Positions 39,935 through 50,817 of a DNA stretch of 64,000 nt are shown piece after piece. The stretch's first letter is position 1. Each line of letters opens with the position of its first letter. The stretch is from NCBI GenBank assembly GCA_964016885.1, contig OZ024750.1, positions 53,630,001 through 53,694,000 on the forward strand, in the 5' to 3' direction. The notes under the pieces were generated by a model. That model did not search any database. It worked only from the letters and a program-made list of their open reading frames with translations, and was not told where the DNA came from. The translations under genes were made by a program, and so were the position numbers. This stretch comes from Eledone cirrhosa (taxonomy: Eukaryota).

Positions 39935-41845
39935 CCTGAGTAACAGAGATACAAACTGTTCCACATTGCAAGGCAGTCTGTGTGAATCATGATGTTGGGG
40001 GAAAATGTTAGAAATGACACTGGTGTATTTAGTACCACTGATGCTCAAAAGAAAGAGGCCTGGAAATGTTACCTTGGGTGTCTGATGAATATGGAGAATG
40101 AATGGGAGGAAGAGAGACTACCCCCAACCTACCCAACAGAAGGGCCAGCCAATGAATGGGAGGAAGAGAAACTACCCCCCAACCTACCCAACAAGGGCCA
40201 GCCAATGAATGGGAAGAAGAGAAACTACCCCCAACCTACCCAACAGAAGGGCCAGCCAATGAATGGGGGAAGAGAAACTACTCCCAACCTACCCAACAAG
40301 GGCCAGCCAATGAATGGGAAGAGAAACTACCCCCAACCTACCCAACAGAAGGGCCAGCCAATGAAGTTGACAGTTAAAGAGGCAATCAAAGAAATGAAGA
40401 ATGGTAAAGCTGAGGAACCATCAGAGATAGCTGCTGTGATACTAAAAACATTGGTAGAGGTAGGAGTCAAGCTAGTAACCTACATAGTCAATCAGATAAT
40501 ACAGGATGGAGTTATACCCAATGACTGATGCAGCAGTATAATTGTAAATTGCTACAAAGATAAAGGTGACACCCTAGAAAGGAGCAACTATAGAAGAATA
40601 GAACTAATGGAACAAGTTATGAAAGTGACGGAAAGCGTTATAATACAACTAATTAGAGAAAGAGTCAAATTAGTTAAGGTGCAGTTTGGTTCCATGCCTA
40701 CTTATTAGTGAGGTAACTACAAGAGAAGTTCCTAGCCAAGAATAAGCTACTATATTTAGCTTTTGTTGATCTAGAGAAGGCCTTTAAAAGAGTACCTCAA
40801 TCTATTATCTGGTGGTCCTTAAGGAAATTAGGTGTAGAAGAGTGGTAGGAGCAGTGCAAGTCATGTACAGAGGAGTTAGTAAAGTGAGGGTAGGAAATGA
40901 GTTTAGTGAGGAATTCAAGGTACAGGAGTTCATGAAGGTCCGATTCTTAGCCCACTATTATTCATTATATTTCTCCAAGCTATAACAGAGGAGTTTAAGA
41001 CTGGCTGCTCATGGGAATTTCTCTATGCAGATGATCTGGTCCTTATAGTTGAATCCATTAAAGAAGTAGAAAATAAGTTCCGACTATGGAAACAGAATTT
41101 AGAATCAAAAGACCTGAGAGTAAACTTAGCCAAAACTAAAGTGCTAGTGACAGAAAATAGGACCCTGCTCAATATGTAAACATAAACTCCATACGATGGA
41201 CACAGTGTAAATCTTGGGTGCACAAGAGATGTGGGATAACGAGTAAGCCAACAGGAAGGGAAGATTTTGTTTGTAGAGGATGCACAGGAGTAACCGAGGG
41301 TAAGAAAGCCAGTGATTTAAACCTATTCCAGTCAGAGGAAAGACCCATAAAAGTGGTTGATAGCTTCTGCTATCTAGGCAATGTAATTAGCAATGTAGAG
41401 GAGTGCTCTGAGAGCATAAGGATAGAATGGGAAAAGTTGAGAGAGCTCCTCCCACTGTTGACCACAAATGGTTTCTTCCTACATTCAAAAGGACAATTGT
41501 ATGACGCCTGTGTACGAAGTACGGTGCTGTACGGTAGTGAAATATGGGTTGTGACTGCAGAGGACGTGTAGACTGGGGAGAAATGAAGCAACCGTGTGCA
41601 GAATAGAAGACTGTTGGTATGGACATGGACAATGGCTGTTGGGTGAAGAAATGCCAGTGGAAGGATGTCACAGTAGAAGTAGTCCAGGAAAGACCTAGAC
41701 AAATGTTGTAAGAGATGACCTCAAATCATTGAGACTCACAGAGGAGATGACAAAGGATCACAACGAGTGGAGTAATGCCATGCTGAGAAGGACCCACCAA
41801 TCCATCCAAGCATGGAAAAATGGAGTAAAAACAATGAGGATGATT
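39935..41845 (+). mobile_element. Old degenerate RTE LINE with an internal tandem expansion of about 55 bp (40097-40362)
   Basis: KEAWKCY, AIKEMKNGKA, FVDLEKAF and YADDL motifs, with many stops and frameshifts. Confidence 0.9.
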
Positions 41846-41854
41846 ATAAAATAT

Positions 41855-42410
41855 AATCATCATCATCATCATCATCTTCGTTTAACGTCCATATTCCACG
41901 CTCGCATGGGTTTGGACGGGAGTTTTCCCACTTGAGGCAAGAGTGGTTGTCTTGCTCGCATAGGACTGTCTGGCGGGTTTTCTACGGCTGGATGCCCTTC
42001 CTAACACCAACCACATTTACAGTGTGTACTGGGAGGTTTTTACCGTGTTACCTACACAGCCACATTATAGCGTGGACTGTGTGTTTTTTTTGTCGTGACA
42101 CCTACACGACCTCATTTGTTTCGGGCTGGATGTTGCGGTACCAACATAACTTTACATTGAAAGGGGTGGTGTGGATGGGTTGGATGGGGTGGGGGTAGTG
42201 GGACGGGGGTGTATTTTGTTAGAGGTGCCTACTGACTATGGTAGGATTCACTTTGTACTTAGGTAAGGCGGGTCTTCTCTATTACTGTGTAGTGCCAAAG
42301 ATCTCGGTCCAGTGACATTGTCTTGTGAGGTCGGAATTTATCAAGTCGTCCCAGGTTTTTCTGGGTCTGCCTACTCTGTGGCTACCGTCTATTTTTATTG
42401 CCCTGCACTT
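41855..42410 (-). mobile_element. RTE LINE 3' end/UTR fragment
   Basis: Near-identical to the 3' end of the copy at 50818-51360, with a (GAT)n tail. Confidence 0.88.
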
Positions 42411-44018
42411 TGATAGACTATATATATATATATTTATATCTGTATTTTTAACCGTTGGTCAATCAATGATAAATATTGATTGCCAACTAAATTAACTATC
42501 AAGATATAATAGATACAGAAGCGAAAACCAACCCAAACCAAACAGTGAGTGTGTTCTGTTATTATTTCTGGCAATATTATAACAATATGACCCTCCCCAT
42601 ATATATATATATATATATAAGGAAAAAAGATGAAATCGAAAATACAACTGGAGTCTTTTTTTATAAAAATATCTATTTATTTGGTTCCTTTTCCAGTTTC
42701 ACATCTGAGAATGTGAGAAAAACCACAAACCCTCCATCTCAATTCTACTTTTGAAAAGCAGAAGAACTGCGAAACCGGAAAAGGAACCAAATAAATATAT
42801 ATTTTTATAAAAAAAGACTCCAGTTGTATTTTCGATTTCATCTTTTTTCCTTATACTTTCACTCGTTTTTTTTTACTTTTTGTAAAAAAACCTTACTTTC
42901 TAATATATATATATATATATATATATGTGTATACCATTTATATTAGGCTGTTTACCAATGGGTTAAACTGTTAGTTCAGCTTGGTAAACAATGATAGAAC
43001 AAAATAATTAAAGCACTCAACGTTATGCAAGTCATCCATCGTAGATGAGGTATCCAGAGGCTGGTGCAGGAATGGAGTAAAATATTCATTAAAACAACAG
43101 AAGGCTGGACTGGAAAATTTAGTTTGGAATTTAAATTCCATGAAATCACTATACATATTTCGATGGCCTAGCTGTATCATCCGATTATGATGCAAGACAG
43201 GATGATCTCGTCAGGCAACATCTACAGAATTACTTAACAGGATTACGTTGAACCAAAACAGAATGGATGATAGGGAAAAGAAATAAAAAATTGAAAATTG
43301 AAGTTCGAAAATTGGTTTCGGGGGACTGCCTGCCAAAAAACTGTTGTATTGGTAGGAGGCAGTCCCTGAATGCTAGTGAGGCTGATGCGTGTGGTGGAGG
43401 AGGTAGGGCAATCAAGTGATGACATGGGGAGCGTAGCTATAATGATATTGCCTAGCAAAGGGGTTGAGACAACATACTAACAATTATAAGGTTGCATTAA
43501 TAATAAAAAGACTTATCGGAAATCATAGTGTTTACTGTAACTTGTTAAATAAAGGCAGTTATTTGTTTTGTATCTCCAATGGCCCGGATTTATGAAAGTA
43601 TATTAAGTGGTTGTTTAACTCCTTCACGTACATGTGTATATGTACTTTTGCTTTGGGGACTAAAATTGGTGTGGTTTATTTTCGACTGGTCCGGTTGTCA
43701 AGTGTATCACTGTGAAGTCCAAAGTAAATAGGTTACAATTAAAATAAACAAAAAATAAAAATTAAAACTGCAGCTTTTATTGAATCTAGGGAGTCATTGA
43801 ATATTATATAATATATTATATATATAATGTACTATCTGATGTAGTATATTATATATATAATGTACTATCTGGTGTAATATAGTATATATATAATGTACTA
43901 TGTGGTGTAGTATAGTATATATATAATGTACTATGTGGTGTAGTATAGTATATATATAATGTACTATGTGGTGTAGTATAGTATATATATAATGTACTAT
44001 GTGGTGTAAAATAGTATA

Positions 44019-46370
44019 TGTGGTTAGAAAAAGCTATCTCACTTACCGCTTTTCATAGGCGCGGCTAAATCCCATGGCTGATTTCTCCTCTTCCACGTGC
44101 GTCCAACTCGTTAACACCCGGGAGCTGCCAAAACTAGCGTCCACACCGTTCCTGGTCACTACTATAGAGAGACCGATCTGCTGGCCCTTCTGGTCGAGCA
44201 CTCTTCTGGTCAAGCACTCTTCCGGTCGAGCATTCCCCAGCTTCCAGCCACCGCATGCCACACCATACCCACATGCGCCCCCTGATCTCAAGGATCAATT
44301 TCCCCCTCATCCTTCTGCATATGAAAGTCTGCTGTCCAGGTTGGTGGTTTGCGACTCCTTTGCGATCTCCACAGTATTGGGGCGGCACTTTGAGTTTCCG
44401 ATTCCTCAGAGTCCGTTGACACAGTGATTCTACGGACATCCAGGACATGACGTGGTACTCCGTCCACGGACACATTGTTCTGGGAATTTACGGCCGTCAC
44501 CGTTCCTCTTCCCCATTGAGATGTGCAACGTGCATCTGGGGGCTTATCCCAGACTTTTTCGCCCACCTGCACAACTGCATTCTCTCTCCCCACTGGCCGT
44601 TGTGGTGGCGTGCACGGGTGCCGCCACTCGTATCTGAATACTGCTCTGTGTGGCACCGATTCTTCAACCTGTCCCACCCGAGGGGACATGTACCAGAACA
44701 CTGCCTCCATTGGTGAGATACGGCCCCGCTCCGCCATAGCCTTGATCGTCCGGTGGTGTTGCTCCACAATTCCATTCCCGCTCGGCCTGTGCGCTACTCT
44801 GAAGAAACGGTCCACCTTCCATCCATCAAGCATCTCCCTCAGCGCCTCCGAGCGGAATGCTGCGCTGTTGCCCATCAGTAGTTCGTCCACAGGGCCCCGC
44901 TCCAAGAACACCTCTCTCAATGTCCGCATGATTTCCTCGGCTGTTCCAGTCTTCATCTCCCTCCATATCGCCATCCGTCCTGGTCCACAGTCGACCATCG
45001 AGAGGTACGTTCCCTGCCGGTAGTGCATTACATCCACTGCCAATCGCTTCCAGTCGCGATCATCCGGGAAGCTTCCCGTTTCGTGCACACCCGGGGCGGG
45101 ATCAATGGACTGACATCGGACGCAGCCTATAACCACCCTTTGAACACTGTGTCTGTTAACGTCCGAGTCGATTCTCCTGGCTAGGAGCAGGGTCCTATCC
45201 ACTCCCATGTTGTTCATGTCATGCAACCCTTTCAGATCCGACTCGGTCAGCCGACACACGGCAGCTATCTCATCTTCTACCTCCTCCGGCGCTTCCATCC
45301 AGGCTTTCTTCACCCTGGTTAAGACGTCCGCCCTATTTTTCTCTGAGGGCACGAAAACTACGCTCAGCCTCAGGTCGAACTCGGTGGCCAGGTTTCCTAA
45401 AGTTCCCAGGCGGCGCTTTATCAGTATCTCCGCTGCCCCTCTCGTTCGCACTCTCTTCTCACTGGTGAGCACTGATCTCACCCATCCAAGTATCTCCAAC
45501 GTGACACCCAGCGCTATGCTGCTGGCATCGCATCATATGGTCCCGCTCTGCGATTTGGGTACATACCAGCGTCCTCGCACTGGGTCGTCGGCCTTCACCC
45601 TCCCCACGACCTCCTGCATCATGGCCACCGTCCTCTCTCCCACTCTGTCACTCCAAGTCACTCCGCCGCGAAAATGTCAACACGTTCACCGTTCCATCTA
45701 ATTCTTGCCAGCTTAGCAAAAGTGGCTAACGGTCCCTCTGCAAACGCTTCCATCATGCGCCTCTCAATCTTTTGCACATCCCTTTGGCTGTGTTCATCCA
45801 ACTCAAGGAAGAGAACCAATGTGTCCCCCTCGACGTACAGTGCCATGAGACCAGCCACATCTTCTATCTTCTGTAAGCTTGTGACCAGCCGGACTTTTCG
45901 CAGCCAAGTGACATCGCCTTCACCGGTAAATGCCCTAATCGCTTCGCTCGTTCGTAGTCTTGTCGCCATATCCTAATTTGTCTTGCGGTACATAATAAAA
46001 AAAAAACAACAGACTTCTCTCTGTTTTTCCAGTAGCTTTGTTTTCGAGAAAGTTTTTTTTTTTTTCAATCAGATCTCAGTTTCCAATGCCGAAATAGCTT
46101 GTGGTTAGAAAAAGCTATCTCACTTACCGCTCTTCATAGGCGCCGCTAAATCCCATGGCTGGTTTCTCCTCTTCCACGTGCGTCCAACTCGTTAACACCC
46201 GGGAGCTGCCAAAACTCGCGTCCACACCGTTCCTGGTCACCACTAAGGAGAGACCGATCTGCTGGCCCTTCCGGTCGAGCACCCTTCTGGCCAAGCACCC
46301 TTCCGGTCAAGCACTCTTCCGGTCGAGCACTCCCCAGCTTCCGGCCACCGCACACCACATCATACCCACA
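44019..46370 (-). mobile_element. Internally deleted Gypsy/Ty3 LTR retrotransposon
   Basis: TG...CA LTRs at 44019-44273 and 46100-46370, 5-bp TSD GTATA, purine-rich PPT next to the 3' LTR. Retains the gag N-terminus (45658-45969), an RNase H remnant (DASSIALG) and integrase (44288-45499). Protease and RT are missing. Confidence 0.92.
44288..45499 (-). pseudogene. Gypsy integrase, probably inactive
   Basis: CVRCQ Zn-finger part, LAVDV, LLMGNSAAF (second catalytic D appears to be G) and SGNGIVEQHHRTIK. Confidence 0.85.
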
Positions 46371-47252
46371 GTATATATATAATGTATTATCTGATGTAGT
46401 ATAGCACATATATAATGTACTATCTGGTGTAGTATAGTATTTATATAATGTACTATCTGATGTAGTATAGTATTTATATAATGTACTATCTGATGTAGTA
46501 TAGTATATATATAATGTACTATCTGATGTAGTATAGTATTTATATAATGTACTATCTGATGTAGTATAGTATATATATGATGTACTATCTGGTGTAGTAT
46601 AGTATATATATATAATGTACTATCTGATGTAGTATAGTATATATATAATGTACTATCTGGTGTAGTATAGTATATATATGATGTACTATCTGATGTAGTA
46701 TAGTATATATATAATGTACTATCTGATGTAGTATAGTATTTATATAATGTACTATCTGATGTAGTATAGTATTTATATAATGTACTATCTGATGTAGTAT
46801 AGAATATATATAATGTACTATCTGATGTAGTATAGTATATATATAATGTACTATCTGGTGTAGTATAGTATATATATGATGTACTATCTGGTGTAGTATA
46901 GTATATATATATAATGTACTATCTGATGTAGTATAGTATATATATAATGTACTATCTGGTGTAGTATAGTATATATATGATGTACTATCTGGTGTAGTAT
47001 AGTATATATATGATGTACTATCTGGTGTAGTATAGTATATATATGATGTACTATCTGGTGTAGTATAGTATATATATGATGTACTATCTGGTGTATTATA
47101 GTATATATATAATCCCATGCAAACCCATGCAAGCGTGGAACATGGACGTTAAACGATGATGATGATGATAATGTACTATGTGGTGTATGCACACTAATCA
47201 TCTTCAGACGGTTTTCTGCTAGCATATGTAGTGTGCATATTGGTATTATACG

Positions 47253-47290
<38 letters not shown>

Positions 47291-47303
47291 TATATATAGA
47301 TAT

Positions 47304-49253
47304 ATCATCATCATCATCATTTTACGTCCGCTCTTCCCTGCTTGTAAGGGTGGGACGGGTCTTATTCAGCACAGCATCTCTCCACTTGTCACGGTCCTTC
47401 GTCATCTCCACCGTGAGCTTCAGCGATCTGAGGTCTGTTCCCACCACCTCGGCCCATGTTTTTCGTGGTCTACCTCTACCACGTCTTCCTTCAACTGTCA
47501 TTTCCTAGCACTTCTTCACCCATCGGTCATCCTCCATGCGCATCACATGTCCATACCACCTCAGTCTCCTCTCCCATACACTACATTCTATCCCTCTCAG
47601 ACACAGTTTCTCTCTCAACACATTCATGCTGGGTCATTCACGCACATTTGCACTGCACATTTAACGGAGCATGCTTGCCTGATTTCTCTCCAGCCATCGC
47701 ATATCCTCTGCAGTTGCTGCCCATGTCTCACTACCATGCAGCATCGCGCTCCTCACACATGCATGATATAACCGACCTTTCGTACGCAGGGAGAAACCCT
47801 TCTTCGTCAGCAGAGGAAGCAACTCCCTAAACTTCTTCCAACCCGTCCTTATTCTAGATACTATGGTCTTGGAACATCCCCCCTCCCATGCTAATCTGAT
47901 TTCCTAGGTATCGGAAGTTATCCACCACTTCTATAGCACCTGCCTGCATTTGAAAAATGTGTCTATCAATGCGACTTCTACTGTCTAATTTCCCTTTACA
48001 TCTACTGCATACGTATTTCTCCCTAACTGTTAGTTTGCCTGCTATCCCGCTACATCTCTTGTGTATCCAGGATCTGCATTGTGTGCATTTTATAGAATTT
48101 ATGCCAGTTCTTTTTCTGCATATCGAACATGGCCATTTCCCTGACGGAATCAGAGTTTTGTCCTCTTTTCTACTCATCAACACTTTTGTCTTAGCTAGGT
48201 TCACTCTCAGTCCTCTTGCTTCCAACTGCTGTTTCCATAGCCAGAATTTATTCTCTAGCTCCTCTATTGATTCTGCTATAAGAACCAGATCGTCAGCATA
48301 GAGAAGTTCCCATGGACAGCCAGTCTTAAACTCCTCTGGTCTGGCTTGGAGGACTATAATGAACAAGAGCGGGCTGAGGGCTGAACCTTCTTGTACTCCT
48401 ACTTGTATCTGGAATTCCTCACTGAAATCCATTCCTACCCTGACCTTACTGACAGTACCTCTGTACAAAGTTTGCACTGTCCTCAGAAGCCATTCCTCAA
48501 CACCTACTTTCCTTACGGACCACCAGATGACAGATCGGGGTACCCTATCAAAGGCCTTCTCTAGGTCAACAAAGGCAAAATATAGTGGCTTATTTTTCTC
48601 TAAGAACCTCACTTGCAATTGTCTCACCAAGAAGAGGGCATTTGTTGTACTCTTCCCAGGCACAAAACCAAACTGCATCTCATCTAGTTTGACCCTTTCT
48701 CTAATTAGTTGTGCTAATATCCTTTCTGCCACTTTCATAACCTGATCCATCAGTTTTATACCCCTATAATTGCTCCTCTCCAGAGCATCCCCTTTACCTT
48801 TGTAGCAATTTATGAGAGTACTGCTGCACCAGTCTTTGGGTATGACACCAACATACATAGCCTGATTGATGATGCATGCAACCAGTTTAGTGCCTACGGC
48901 CCCTGATGCCTTCAGCATCTCAGCAACTATTCCCGATGGTCCAGCAGCCTTACCATTTTTCATTTCCTTAATCGCCTCTTGGACCCTATATTCATCAATC
49001 TCAATAGCTGGTCCCTCTGTCGGATCTACTGAGGGTAATTTCTCTCTCTCCTATTCGTTTTCAACATTCATCAGTCTCTCATAATGACATTTCCAGGCCT
49101 CCTTTTTCTGATCATTTGTGACACTAAGTACACCGGCATCATTCCGGACACATTTATCTCCAACAACATCCTGATTTGCATTGACACACTGCCTTGCAAT
49201 GTGGAACACCATACGTCTCTGATCTTCCCGTCGCAGAACATTGGCAAATCTCC

Positions 49254-49256
<3 letters not shown>
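47304..49256 (-). mobile_element. 5'-truncated RTE LINE with RT ORF at 47854-48963
   Basis: RT motifs NYRGIKLM, QFGFVPGKST, FVDLEKAFDRVP and YADDL. (GAT)n tail; flanked by (TA)n. Confidence 0.95.
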
Positions 49257-49316
<60 letters not shown>

Positions 49317-49395
49317 GATATATATATATAGAGAGAGAGATAGAGATATATATATAGATATATATATATATAGAGAGAGATAGAGATAGATATAT

Positions 49396-50326
49396 CCTCC
49401 CTTTATTAGCCACAGGGGGACAAATATAAAGGGAGAAGTTTACATACAATAAAAACGTGTAAAATATTATAACAAATGCAATTTAAAAATTAATCGATTT
49501 TCCCCAATAGAGGGAGACATTACATATGGGTAACACATGCCCCCGAAAAAAAAAATGTGCAACCCTCATCTCCAGGAGTACGAAGAGTTTGTACTCCCTT
49601 CCTCTCCTCCTCTTTTTCCTCAACATACAGGCTGATATAGAGAGATGGCCCATTCACTCGGGCCATTCTCGCCACTTTCACCCACCTTTCATAAAACTTG
49701 CTGGGGTACAACACCTCTCTCTCCATCCTGATTCTTCTTCCAAAGTGGTATTTGAAAAAAAGAATCAGTTGTTCGCCGGAGAGAAAGGTGTCTGACCTCA
49801 GCCCTTCCAACCTTGTCCACCATACAACATCTTTCGCCATAGCTATCACACAAAGGAAAAGCGCCTCTCCTTCGTTTTTGAAGGAGGGTGGCGGTTTGAT
49901 CATGAAAATGGACTCGGTGGTCAACTGGATTGGTCCCACCCGCGACAATAGTCGTTCCACATAGCCCCACAGGTCGGTGACGCCCGGGCAGTGTATGAAT
50001 GCGTGCGCGGCGGTTTCTTCGTCTCGCACGCACCTCGGACAGATCTTTTTTGCAGGGTCCCTGCCCGAGCGCCCATGTCTGTAGAGCTTGTCTCGAACTG
50101 GTAGAGCTCCTCGGTAGCACTGCCAGGCCAGGGACTTTTGGAAGTTGTCCATCGGTCCCGGGCGGAAGGTCCTACCGAACCGACTGGCCAGTTCATCTTC
50201 CTCTACGCCCAGAATTTCACCGAGCACGTCGTCGCAATTGCTGTGGATCAACCCTCTATAGAATGACGAAGTGGAGCCTCCACTGATCGCCGGGTCCGCC
50301 TGCCAGAGGGCTGTGAGCGCCTGAGC
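49396..50326 (-). mobile_element. Tx1/L1-clade LINE 3' fragment
   Basis: CCHC finger CPRCVRDEETAAHAFIHC and a 3'UTR with AATAAA. (TA)n on both sides. Homologous to 54058-56673. Confidence 0.9.
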
Positions 50327-50719
50327 TATATATATATATATATATAGATATATAGATATATAGATATATATATAGATATATATATAGATATATATAGTAA
50401 TAATAATAAAATCCAAAGAGGGCTCGATAAGGAAAATATATATCAAATATATAAGAACCGTAGAGCAAATATTTATTAAAATAACAGATTAAAGTTTAAG
50501 CAAAGAATCGCTGCTGTCACCCTTAACGGGATCTTCTGAAACTAACAAAGTCAATCTGTAAACGCAGAACTGGATATTTCAAAAAACGTTGCAACCGGAG
50601 GAAGACAGGAAGACGATACTTTGGTTCGTCAGGAGTTTTAGGTATGTTTTCCTGCTTGGTACGGGTATTGAAAGCAGCGATTCTTTGCTTAAACTTTAAT
50701 CTGTTATTTTAATAAATAT

Positions 50720-50760
<41 letters not shown>

Positions 50761-50817
50761 TATACATATATATAGATATAGATATATAGATATATAGATA
50801 TAGATATATAGATATAT

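Larger units (their letters stand above)
43810..47110. repeat. Minisatellite of about 33 bp, split by a Gypsy insertion
   Basis: ATATATAATGTACTATCTG(A/G)TGTAGTATAGT units at 43810-44018 and 46371-47110. Confidence 0.92.
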
